A DNA stretch of 64,000 nt from Isurus oxyrinchus (taxonomy: Eukaryota), in the NCBI GenBank assembly GCA_026770705.1, contig JANJGN010000013.1, forward strand, positions 88,722,001 through 88,786,000. The letters are read 5' to 3'. Numbering within the stretch: position 1 is the stretch's first letter; each line of letters starts with the position of its first letter. Positions 50,983 to 62,986 of this stretch are shown one piece after another. The notes below the pieces were generated by a model. The model had not been told where the DNA came from, did not search any database, and saw only the letters and a program-made list of their open reading frames with translations. Position numbers and translations under genes: made by a program.

Positions 50983-52889
50983 GGGAGCAAATTTCAAAAT
51001 TTACAGCCTAGGCAGCTGAAGGTACTGTCCCCAATGGCGGAACAATGAAAATCAGGGTTGCGTAAGAGATCAGACTGGAGAGTTGTTCTCGTAGGGTAGT
51101 AGGACTGGAGAAGGTTACAGGCATAGAATATCAAGGTCTTCAAGGGGGTTGGCTGTGAGCTTAGTTGGCTAAAAGTGTAGTGCAGAATAATGCCAATAGC
51201 GCAGGTTCAATACCTGTATTGGCTGAGTAGTTTTTAGGACCTGCCTCATAGCTCTGCCCCATCGTGATGCAGCTGCCAAGCTCCTAGATGTCTTGAATTC
51301 TCCTTGCCTCTGGGGTCATGCAAAAGCAGCCAAGAAAGTGAAGCAGCAGCATTCACCCTTCCTCCACTATAGTTAAATTCCTTAGCAAAGGTTTAACTGT
51401 AAAGTATGACCATCAAAATTGCTTACAGCTTGGACATACTCAAATAAAGAGGAGTCTACCATTATTACTACTGTTAAGGTCTTAGGAACAGGAGAGTCCA
51501 TTCAACCCTTTGAGTCTGCTCCACCATTCATTAGATCATGGCTGATCTGTACCTCAATTCCATTTACTGACATTACTTCCAAAATCCACGAATATTCTTA
51601 CTGAATAAAAATCTATTAATCTCAATCTTGAAAAAACTAATTGCTCCAGAAACCACAGGCTTTTGTGGGAGCGAATTCTAGATTTCCAATACATAGGCCC
51701 CATATGACAGAGATCTGGTGATTAACATACAAAAGTGGAATCTGTTGTCCTTGTGCTTCAAGCATAGTCGCTTTTGAACATTGTAGAATTTTAACAATTA
51801 CTGCAGATTCACTCAAAGATGTCAATGTTGCCAGGAATGGATAAGTTTTACGCTATATCAGCAAATCTTATGGATCTGAGGTTGTGGGGGGCAGCTATAG
51901 TTGTCTGTTTCTCTTCTCTAGGTGCTGAGAGACATTGGAAATGATTTAAGACCTAAAACTTCTGATCTGACATGCAGGTGACCCTGCGGGCCCACCCTAT
52001 GACCCTCATCACAAAGACACCAATTTGACATGAGTGACCTATAGCCCGTCTGCAAGGGCCTCGTCACCCCCACGTCCTTCTGAAGGCAGCTTCCCTGCTG
52101 AAAGGCTGCCACTTGATCTAACATTTAAAATCATATTCCATCGAGAAAACTAGAGAAGCCAATATCTGGAGAAATGTGTTGTTTCTCTCCTGGACTACGT
52201 GTGGTAAAGGATGTTAAGATGTTGGGGGCAGGGAGCGGGGCATGTGGTTTGATTGAAAATTTCAAAATGGAGATTGATAGGTTTTTGTTAGGCAAGGATT
52301 ATTAAGGCTTACAGACCGAGGTGGCTGAACGGAGTTAAGATACAGATCAGCCATGATCTAATTGAACAGCAGAAAAGGCTCAAGGGGCTGATGGGTCTAC
52401 TCCTCTTATCCATGTTCCTGCAAATTCACGAGGCAGCAGCACAGTGTCTGTGTAAGAACAAAATGTTGTTTTGAGTCAAAGCCCCACCACCTCCACCCCA
52501 TGCCCCCATGAACTAATTGTTGTCTTATTAATCAGTCCAGGAGTGTGTGGGCGCAGCTGCAAGACGAACATTATCTGATTCAGCCATCCTGTCATGTGAA
52601 CGTCCTATCTTAATTTGATGCAATTATTTCATCAACGGGATGATATCAGCAGCCTGATTAATTTATAAAGCATGTTTTTGCAACTGAATGTACCTCTTTG
52701 ATTCTCATTATGTGCACTGATAGTGGCAAAATGAGTATTTATGAAGAAGACTGCCAAATCCTCTTGTTTATTGGTTTTTGGAGCCATGAACCGCGGCATT
52801 TAATAAATACTTGCACTCTTTGCGATGATCTCCGGCTGTTTCTGCCTTACTCACTGTGTGGGGTTTTATGTTTCTGTTGTTGTTTTAAG

Positions 52890-53070
52890 GACGAAGTGAC
52901 ACAGCCATTGAACCTCTCAGCCAAGCCGAAAACGCTCGACCCCACAAAATCGCCCGCATCGCCAACCTCACCCCAGATTCCCTCCTTGAAAACGAGCACA
53001 GGACCCAGCCACCTCAAACCTGCCATGTCCGCCACATTGAGCGGTCCTCCCGGCCGAATGACTTCAATAG
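52890..53070 (+). CDS. SOX5: SOX5 internal coding exon (DEVTQPLNLSAKPK...PGRMTSI) containing the PLNLS CtBP-type motif
   Basis: tgttttaag acceptor; ATAG|gtatgg donor; 181 nt, phase 0 to 1. Matches SOX5 DEVAQPLNLSAKPKT. Confidence 0.95.
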
Positions 53071-54004
53071 GTATGGCACCAGCCCAATCTGCCACCTCTT
53101 CTTTTGTTCTTTGTGCCAAATCTGAGTGAGTGATTGAGTGCGTGTGTATGTGTGTTTGTTTGTTTGTGTGTGTCTTTTTTCCAACAGAACACTGTTTACC
53201 AAATGAATGAACTTATGAGTCAGACGTTCTACATGCCAAAAAGGATCCACTGTGCCATGTTTGTAGGGATCTGTCTGACAGAGAAGTGACTTGTTTAAGT
53301 GTTTGAATGGTAGCTGCATCCTATATGATATTCTCTCCTCCCTCACTGCCTCCTCCTTCCCTTCCCTTCCACTTGCTCCCTGTCATTTAGTGTACGTGTA
53401 GTAACCACCTCCTATACTGCCGTTCCTCCTCTATTGCCACCCTCCCCTCCCTCTTCCTTCCTTCCCTCCTCCTCCATTCCTTTCCTCCCCTGCTCCTGCC
53501 GTCCCCACCTGCCAGGGCTCCACATTGTGCCAGATTTAGATTCTGATAACAAGTTGCAGTCACAGCACTGGACTACATCAGAAAACCTGACAATAAGCTT
53601 GAAAAGCAGCAAGTCTCCACTCATAACGAACTTGCATTAATACGGCCAAATTCCAGGGCGTGACTTTAATGAAGGCTGGACATGAAATAACATGTTGGGA
53701 GAAAATTCAGATCAATTCTTTTCTGATGATGTCACTGCAGCTGCTATTTCCTTTTATTCATTTTGTTGAACTGTTTCACATACCTGTAAAAACTTGCAGG
53801 GAAGCATGCACGATAAAGGTGAAAGAATGTAGGTGCTTATTGTTCCATTGTAACTCTTTTTTATCTGCATGCTCAGAGTTTGGTAGAGGAATCACATTTT
53901 CAGAAAGAAAGGGTCACAGAGTAGATTACATCATTTATGTTTTAGTACTGGTTAAGAAGTCGCTGATATTTTTACATGAAACATAAAATATTTTTAAAAG
54001 AAAG

Positions 54005-55685
54005 GAAGACCTTTCATTTACATCTCACCATTCACAGCATTAGGACCCCCCCACCCCTCATAGAGAATGAAATACTTTTGAAGTGTAATTACTGTAGTAA
54101 TGTAGGAAGTGCAGCAGCCAATTTGCACACAGTATGCTCCCAAAAACAGCAATGACATAATGATCAGATAATCTGTTTTAAATAATATAGGTTGAGGGAT
54201 AAATATTGGGCAGGATATTGGGGATAACTTTCCTGCGCTTCTTCAAAATAGTGCCATAGAACTTTCACATCCACCTGAACAAGCAGATGGACCTTGGTTT
54301 AACATCTCATCTGAACGATGGCACTTCCAACACTGCAGCTCTGCTACGCTGCAGTGCAGTATTGCACTGGAGTCTCAACCTTGATTTTTGTGCTCAACCA
54401 CTGGAGTAGGTCTTGAACTTAGAACCTCAGGCAGAATTGTTCCAGATTTGCACTAAGTGCAGGAAGTGGCCGGGAAAAAGGCCGTTTTACCCACTGGCCG
54501 CAATGGTGGCTTTTCGCATCGTATCGTCCCATTCCCGCCTCATTAATTATGCAGCCACAGGAAACATGATGTCTCATTGGCGGGCGGCCTGCATCTGATT
54601 TGCCCACCATGCCATTACCTCACTGCTTCCTCACGCAGGGTGCCATAATTAAACTGTAGCTGTGTGCACACTCCTCAACGCTTGCAGCCCAGGAGGGCAC
54701 CAGTGAAGACGTGGCCTCAAATGGTGAGAATCGGTCCGCCGATTCAGTGACACATCCTTGAGACGTCTTATGGACATCTTGGAGGCCCTCTGTGATATCC
54801 TCTACCTCCTCTCTGGCTGCAGGAGGCCCATCGCTCTTACCACTCCGGCTTGGGAGGTGATGGCCAAGTGGCCAATGCCAATACCGCACACAAGAGGTCA
54901 GATATCCAGTGCAGAAAAAGGATGAATTATCTCATCCATGCTGCCAGGGTAAGACAACCATCTCATCACTCTAAACTCACACTCACAAGGCCATCACACA
55001 TTCACTGGCATCTCAATCACTGCCAGCTCAAGGGACATCATCACTCACTCTCACATACCCTCACATCTCCATCTGGCCTCATCTCCTCTGGAGACTGCCT
55101 ACTTAGCCCTCACCATCTTGAGGCCACTTGCACAGATCAACATGTCCACACACACCCTGGGATGCCCCTCTTCCCTAGTACAGCCCTCGTCCTGCAATCT
55201 CTTCCTTTGCCTGAGGCCATTTCTCCGCCTTCCTCCAGCCCTGCAGCCGTTGAATAGCCACCTCCACCTTATGGCTGGTCTGGTAGGTAGAGACTTGCCT
55301 GTGAGCCCCCCCTAAAAGTAACGTGGTGCTGCCTATGAAGCCTGGCGCTGATGACCACGAGTGCTGCCCAAAGCAAGGTAAGCAAACAAACACTGAAGTC
55401 CCGATCGAGCATGGGGGGGATGATTCCAGCAAGCAGGGCTTATAATGAGATGCAGATGTATTAAAATGATGTTCCCAACGTGCAGCAGTAGGAAATGCGG
55501 CCCGCCATTGACGGGCGGAGCAAATGATTGCAAACTGGTTTCACGAAAGTGTGAAACCAATTTTTGGCCTTCCCACCATATTGTCTGCTCACATGATGCC
55601 CAATGCCAATGGAGCCTGAAAATTCCATCCCACATGATTCAGAAGCTGAGGTAACAGCATTACCAACTGAGCTGTGGCTGACACT
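54005..55685 (-). mobile_element. Deu-domain SINE split in its tRNA head by a DNA transposon derivative
   Basis: Full SINE body at 54005-54428; remainder tgattcagaagctgagg...ttaccaactgagctgtggctgac after 55631. Confidence 0.78.
54430..55630 (+). mobile_element. Internally deleted relative of the 29958-33750 Harbinger-like element, retaining only Myb exon 1
   Basis: Shared start ccag..ttgcactaagtgc; AWEVMA..VANANTAHKRSDIQCRKRMNYLIHAAR|gtaag; shared right end; termini GGCAGAATT / AATTCCATCC. Confidence 0.8.
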
Positions 55686-55904
55686 GAGAGCAGAGAGGGC
55701 ATTGGTTTAATAAGATATATTCCCACTCAGTAATGTTTATTATTTGCAATAATGAACTGAACATTTTTTGGGTGGAATCTTGTGGAGGCAGCGGGGGTCT
55801 CGGCCATTGCTGGAGAGCTAATGAGAACCTTGTGTGACCTGTTTCTGAGCAGGTACTTAACAGACCAGTGGGGAACCTTCCCCCAAGACAGGGAAAGAAG
55901 CAGA

Positions 55905-56914
55905 CTTTTTAAAACACAGACTAAAGTGACTTGAACACACAGCCAAGATTGCTACTTAATTTGCATTACTGTACATTGCAAATTCCAACGCTCATTGAGA
56001 TGGAGACGGCATGTCTGCAAAAAACCCATCAAAGACAACTACCTCAGAGGAACGTGAATGAACTATTTTTCCTATCCATTAGCATAATATTCAGATACTC
56101 ACCTGAGTGGATACAAACCATCAACTCTAATCACGTGAAAAATGGGACCCTGGCTAAGAGGGAGAATTTCCAGGCCTGACTTAACCAAGTTACAGTTGGA
56201 ATACATGATCATATTTGAAGTACTGGTCAGTTGGAGAGGGTGGTCACATGACAAACCAACACTTTGTATATATTAAGCATGTTTTCTCAACAGAACTGGG
56301 GCAAGCAGCTCAGATTCCTGAGAGAGTTCCTTCCTCCCCCTCTCTCCCTCTCTCTCTCTCTCTCTCCAACCAACCTGCAAGCTTTTGGGCCCTGCTTGCT
56401 ACTGTTTGACTCTCTCTCCACGTGCAGCAGACAGAGATTTTAAAGAAAGAACTCAGCTCCACAGCTGTGTCTCCAGAAGAACAGATAGATCACCTATCGC
56501 AGTTTTAAGCCACCTCAATACTGAAGCAGAAGACCACCAAGTGAAAGCAGTAAGACTACCAGATTCAGCCTGAAGCCAGCTGAGTCACCAACCTACAGAC
56601 TATGATTTCATTTTCACTTTTATGGACTTTAATGTGACCAACCTATCCTTCCCCGTCCTGTAATCTGCATGTGTGTGTGTGTTTGTGTGTGTGTGTGCAG
56701 AAGTCGGTGTGTATTTTATAATTTTACTTAGATCATTTTAAGTATAATGAAGCTAACCTCTTTCTTTGTCAAACTCAAATAAAACTGTCCTATTGGCTCT
56801 TTTATGATCGTAAACAGTTAAGTGCTCATTGAAGTATATCCTTTCCAACAAAACAAACCTGTTGCAGTCAAACAAGGAGAGGGGCCATTTGACCCTCCTC
56901 ACCTGGTCACAGCA
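55905..56914. mobile_element. LTR-like element related to 43890-44936, in the opposite orientation; left boundary uncertain
   Basis: End catttgaccctcctcacctggtcacagca is the near reverse complement of tgttatgaccaggtgaggagggtcaaatg at 43890. Confidence 0.6.
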
Positions 56915-58602
56915 GAATTGTCAATCTGGATTACAGATTGATTCTGTGGAGTCGAATTTGAACCCACAGCCTTCTGATTTACAGGCACACGTACTACCCG
57001 CTGAGTCATGGCTGCTACTTGTCCAAAATAACTGTTGACCAATTGAATAAAAGGCTAATTCATCCTCCTGACTAAACTATGTTATGTGCAGAAGTATTGA
57101 ACATGTTGTCCTAGGCTGCAATCATCTGCCCATATTATTATTGGTTCAATAGGTTTGTGGGATGGGAGTGGGACAGGGAGATTGCTTGTTTTTCTTTTGA
57201 TTCATAATTCATTTCTAAAGAGTCTGTTTGCCTGCTAATTTTAGAATTAGATTCCCAATGGAAGAATAACTTCTTCTTGTATTTTGTGTCGTGGTTTCAC
57301 AGAACCAGCTAGTGAGATATTTGTTCATTTGCTGGAGCTTGTTGAAACTTTGAAGGAGTTTGGGACCTCCACGATCGGCTCAGTTAGTTGTACTCTTGCC
57401 TCTGGGTTAGAAGGTTGTGGGTTCAAATCCCAATTGAATGATTTGATCCTGGAATCCAGGCTATCACTCACAGTGTAGTACTGTGGGAGGTATCAGCCAC
57501 AGGGTTCTGCCTGATGTGCTGACAAATATTTATCCCTTAACCAACATCGCTACAAACAGAATACCTGGTTATTATCACATTGCTGTCTGTGGGATTTTGC
57601 TACGTGCAAATTTGGCTGTATTTTTCTTTTAATTCATTCACAGAGTGTGGATAACAGTGGCAAGGTGGACATTTATTGCCCTTGAGAAGGTGATGGTGAG
57701 CTGCCTGCAACAATACAACTGAATAATTTACTAAGCCTTTTTAGAGGGCAGTTAGGAGTCAGCCACAATGCTGTGGGTCTGGAGACACATAAGGACAGCA
57801 GATCAAGGTCATCAGGCAGAGTCAACATGGTGTTGTGAAAGGGAAATCATGTTTAACCAACTTATTAGAGTTCTTTGAAGAAGTAACGTGCTGTGGATAA
57901 AGAGGAACCAGTGGATGTACTATACTTGAATTTTCAGAAGATATTTGATAAAGTGCCATCTCAAAGGTTATTGCAGAAAAATAAAATCTCATGGTATAGG
58001 GGGTAACATATTGGCATGGATAGAAGGTTGGCTTGATAACAGGAAGCAGAGAGTAGGCATAAATGGGTCTTTTTCAGGTTGGCAAGATGTAATAAGTGGT
58101 GAGCCACCAGGGATTAGTGCTGGACGTCAACTGTTTGCAATTTATATAAATGACTTGGATGAAGGGATTGACAAACTTGCTGATAACACAAAGATAGGTT
58201 GGAAAGTTAGCTGTGAAGAGGACATAGGCCAGGATCTTTAGGTCGGCGAGCGGGGGGTGGGGCCCGCTCACTGACGCGTAAAATGACGCAGGATGATGTC
58301 GGGCGGAACTCCCAAAGTCACCCTGTGTTATTTCAATTTTCAGGTCGGCGGGGGCGCAGCCAAATCAGCTGTGCACTCGCGGACCTGTGAACAGCCTATT
58401 GAGGCCATTGATAAAGTAATTGACTTAATTAATGGACCTGCCCGTCCAACCTTAAGGTTGGTGGGCAGGCTCGGAACCCTGGTGGACTTCAGAAAAAACA
58501 TGAAACCTTATCCACAGGCGGGATGAGGGTTTTTAAAACTTTACTAAAGCTTACAGTTAAAGTGATGGACATGTCCTAACTCATGTGACAGTATCACGTG
58601 AT

Positions 58603-59082
58603 AAAAACAAAGAAAACTGCGGATGCTGGAAATCCAAAACAAAAACAGAATTACCTGGAAAAACTCAGCAGGTCTGGCAGCATCGGCGGAGAAGAAAAGA
58701 GTTGACGTTTCGAGTCCTCATGACCCTTTGACAGAACTTGATTTTGAGTCCAAGAAAGAGTTGAAATATAAGCTGGTTTAAGGTGTGTGTGTGGGGGGGC
58801 GGAGAGATAGAGAGAGAGAGAGATGCTTGTGTAGACAAACAAGCAGTGATACTTGTTTGATACAGTGATACTCACTGCTTGTTTGTCTACACAAGCACCT
58901 CTGTCTCTCTCTCTCTCTCCGCCCCCCCACACACACACCTTAAACCAGCTTATATTTCAACTCTTTCTTGGACTCGAAATCAAGTTCTGTCGAAGGGTCA
59001 TGAGGACTCGAAACGTCAACTCTTTTCTTCTCCGCCGATGCTGCCAGACCTGCTGAGTTTTTCCAGGTAATTCTGTTTTTTT
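58603..59082. mobile_element. Fold-back (inverted pLTR) Penelope-like insert: about 208-bp arms, 22-nt spacer, perfect 17-bp target duplication
   Basis: Arms at about 58641-58849 and 58872-59080; tgacagtatcacgtgat at 58586-58602 and 59083-59099. Confidence 0.92.
58983..59021 (+). ncRNA. Minimal type I hammerhead-ribozyme-like motif with variant core CUGUCGA
   Basis: AGTT-CTGTCGA-A-GGGTC(ATGAG)GACTC-GAAAC-GTC-AACT: stem I AGTT/AACT, stem II GGGUC/GACUC, palindromic ACGU stem III, predicted cut after C59017. Activity is not shown. Confidence 0.6.
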
Positions 59083-61519
59083 TGACAGTATCACGTGATG
59101 GGACATGTCAGGGAAATTTTGTTTCTGTTCCTTGATCATTTTTAAATTTGGCGCCGATCTCCCTGAGAGACTTAGCATGAAAGAGCACTCTCAGCTGAGG
59201 GATTCCCCCCCCACCGCATGTCACACTGGGCGGGCCTTAATTGGCCCACCCACATAAAACCGATCGGAGGTGCGCCTACACATGGCCGCTCCTGCATTTC
59301 CCCCAACGGGGGGAGAATTCTTCCCATAAGGAGGCTACAAAAAGATATAGATAGGTTAAGTGAGTGGGCAAAGATCTGGCAGATGGAGAAGAATGTGGGA
59401 AAATGTGAAATTGTCCATTTTGGCAGGAAGAATATAGGAGAAGCATATTATCAAAATGGTGAGAGATTGCAAAGCTCTGAGGTGCAGAGGGATCTGGATG
59501 TCCTCGTGCATGAATCACAAAAAGTTGGTATGCAAGTAATTAGGAAAGCTAATAGAATGTTACCATTTATTGCGAGGGGAATTGAATACAAAAGTAGTGA
59601 GGTTATGCTTCAGTTGTACAGGGTACTGGTGAGACCACATCTGGGGTATTGTGTAAAGTATTGGTCACCTTATTTAAGGAAGAATGTAAATGCATCAGAA
59701 ACAGTTCAGAGAATGTTTACCAGACTAATGCCTGGTGGGTGGTCTTGTGAGGAAAGGCTGGACAGACTAGGTCTGTATCCGCCGGAGTTTAGAAGAGTAA
59801 GAGATGACTTGATTGAAACATATAAGACCCTGAGGGGTCTTGACAGGGTGGATATGGAGACGTTGTTTCCTCTTGTGGAAGGATCTAGAGCTAGGGGTCA
59901 CTAAAAATAAGGGGTTGCCCCATTTAAAATAGAGATGAGGAAAAAGTTTTGCACTCTAAGGGTCATAGGTGTTTGGAACTCTCTTCCTGAAAAGATGGTG
60001 GAAGCAGAGCCTTTGAATGTTTTTAAGGCAGTGGTGCATAGATTCTTGGTAAGCAAGGGGGTGATAGGTTATTGGGGGTTGGTGGGATGCACATTTCCGG
60101 TTCCTATCAGATCAGCCATGAATGGCAGAACGACTGAGTGGCTTACTCCTGCTCCTGGCTCGTATGTTCGTATTTCCTTCCCTAAAGGTCATTAATGAAC
60201 CAGATGGGTTCTTACAAGAGTCCAGTAGTTTCATGGTCACCATTATTCTAGATTTAAGGAATTGAATTTATATTCCCCAATTGCTGTGGTGGGATTTTAA
60301 CTCACATCTCCAGATTATTAGCCCAGATGTTTAAATCTGTATCTTTCATGGGATGTGGGCATTGCAAGGCCACCATGCATTGCCCATCCCTAATTGCCCT
60401 TGAACCAAATGGCTTGCTAGGCCATTGCAGAGGGCAGTAAAGAGTCAACCACATTGCAGTGGGTCTGGAGTCACACGTAGACTAGACAGCAGATTCTGTT
60501 CTCTAAAGGGTGTTAGTGAACCAGATGGGCATTTACAACAATTGATGATAATTTGATGGTCACCATTACTGATACTAGCGTTTCAATTCCAGATTTTTCC
60601 TTTTATTAATTGAATTTGAATTCAATTCTAGCTGCCTGGGATTTGAACTTATATCCCCAGAGGATTAGCCTGGCCTCTGGGGACATAGGTTCTGGATTAT
60701 TAGCCTAGCAGCATTACCACTACACCACCATCCTACATGACAACAATGACAACACTTTAAAAGTACTTGATTGGCTATAAAGTGCCTTGGGACATACTGA
60801 GATTGAAAAGGGCTGAATATAAATGTAAGTTCTTTCTTTAATACCACCATCGGTTGAACTTTTAAAAATTCATGCGACCATCGACTGCACTCATTGTGCA
60901 CTTCCTATTAAAATTCCCGAGCGGAAGACTACAAAATACCAAGTATCTAAGCTATATGGATCAGGATTTCTTCACTGTTCTGCACTAGATTTCAGCTAGG
61001 GACTGTAATTGGCTTCAGTGCTCCTGGGCTAAAAGGAGAGGAGGAATTTGATCAGGTTCCCAAATCCCCATTGTTACCCAACAACATCTGCTGGAAAGTG
61101 ATGAGTTGTGGACATGAGGTCAATATAAGGACCATGGTTAACTGTGATGTACCTAATAGTTGAATAGCTGGTCAAAACCCATGCCTGGGCCCACACACAC
61201 CAAGAATGGATGCGGCACTGAATGTCAGCTGGTTGATAAAAATTTGGGACTTATAGGGAAGGAGAGAATTGAAGTTTTTTTCTTTGAAATAACTTATTGA
61301 CTCTTCTCAGCTTGTCTCTACTGTCCACAAAATGTGTTCATGTTTTCTTAACTTGAAGAAATTTGGTGTTTCTTAAAAAAAAATAACTGTTTTGTCTTTC
61401 ATGTATTGTAAAACTTTGAACGTTGAGCATAAAGCCCTTGCTGTTTCACTTCAACATGTCGAGTCGATTCCATGAACTTGCTAGTCTTTACTTAATCTTC
61501 CTCTCTCCTTTCTATCCAG

Positions 61520-61692
61520 ACATCCTCTCCTCCATCACATCCTCGGGCTATTTGAATGACCATGACGCCGTGGCTAAAGCGATTCAAGAAGCCCGGCAAA
61601 TGAAGGAGCAGCTTCGGAGGGAACAGCAGGCGCTGGATGGGAAGGTCGCAGTCATCAACAGTCTGGGGCTAAACAACTGTAGGATGGAAAAG
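61520..61692 (+). CDS. SOX5: SOX5 internal coding exon, second coiled coil ([58 protein letters not shown])
   Basis: cctttctatccag acceptor; AAG|gtcagt donor; 173 nt, phase 1 to 0. [27 protein letters not shown] distinguishes SOX5 from SOX6/SOX13. Confidence 0.95.
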
Positions 61693-62986
61693 GTCAGTTT
61701 GCATGCCTGTACTCCCTAGTTGTGTGATTCATTTTTATCGGGACTCTTGCTCGTTTTGTTGCAGCTTGACTACGTTTAGAGAGACAACATGCCTTGCCTT
61801 TTATTGAGAGAGCCAGGCACAGTCCCAGTACTCACAACCCCTCCCCGTTCCGTCTCATTTAATGAAATTTAGCATCTGATTTAGACGAAGGGGTACTATT
61901 TTTAGCACAGAAGCATCAGAAACGACGGAGATCAGAAAGGGCCAGCATTAACTTTGTTTACTTATTTGCGGGAAGGCATAGCCTAATTTAGTTTGGAATT
62001 TCTAATTAAATTAGTTCACGCTTTGCACCAAGTAACAGCATTATCATTTACAGCACAGATAGGGGATTTTGTAAAGCATACAGCAGCCTATATTACATAT
62101 TGTTGCTTTTATTTTTGCAACATTGGGACTTTTCTTTTAAGTAGTGTGTATTTTAAGCAGAGACAAACAAATATAATTCTCAATTAGTGTCACGCCTTTC
62201 TAGAGCAGTCCTCTGTACTGATATCCCATATGAATGCAAGAAATAGCACATCAGTGACCTGTTCAAATAATTATTGACCTGTCACAGATTGGGATTTCAA
62301 TAGTTTCCAGGCATTTTTTTTTAAGTGAAAGAATGGGAGGAAGCACAGAAAACACAGGATACAGTACACTACTGTGAGAGTTTTTTAAAAAATGCATTCG
62401 TGGGATGTGGGTATCGCTGGCTAGGCCAGCATTTATTGCCCACCCTAATTGCCCTTGAGAAGGTGGTGGTGAGCTGCCTTCTGGAACCGCTGCAATCCAG
62501 TTTGGAGATGTGAGATTGAGGACTTGGCTTCAGAGAGTGGCAAAGCTTCTCGGGAACAATTTACATAAAAGTAAAGACAGACAAATCATCAATACTGCAA
62601 AAGCACCTAAGTACTGCATGTTGATTTTTAATACATTCCCAGGATGTAGACATCACTGAAGAAGCCAGTATTTATTGCCCATCTCTAATTGCCCTTGACC
62701 AGGTGGTGGTGAGCTGCCTTCTTGAACTACTGTAAATACGCCCACAATGCTTTTGGGTCAGGAATGCCAGGATTTTGCTCTGGCAACAATGAAGGAAAAG
62801 TGGTCTATATGCAAGCTGGGGTGGTGTGTGGCTTGAAGGGAGACTCAGAGTGATGGTGAGGGTGTTCCTGCAATGCTGATGTTTGTGGCATTTGTTACAG
62901 CTGTGTACCTTGCAAGCCGCTGCAGAGGGAGGGTAAGAGTTGGTGTGGAACTGGAGGCACACATAGGCCAGACCACGTTAGGAAAA

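Larger units (their letters stand above)
58227..59325. mobile_element. PIF/Harbinger-like MITE (family of 22075) containing the hairpin element
   Basis: ATA duplicated at 58224-58226 and 59326-59328; removing the insert restores CR1 gaggacataaggaggctacaa. Confidence 0.88.
57803..60172 (+). mobile_element. CR1 LINE ORF2 remnant interrupted by a MITE (58227-59325)
   Basis: KIKSHGIGGNILAWIEGWLDNRKQRVGING...IYINDLDEG, then IRRLQKDIDRLSEWAKIWQM...LVRPHLGYCVKYWSPYLRK after the insert. Confidence 0.92.

Noticed and set aside
57375-57432. tRNA gene
   Set aside because: The A/B-box-like sequence is the head of a Deu-SINE; no complete cloverleaf.
59218-59904. 228-aa ORF as a host gene
   Set aside because: Chimera of a MITE end and CR1 ORF2; part of a decayed LINE.
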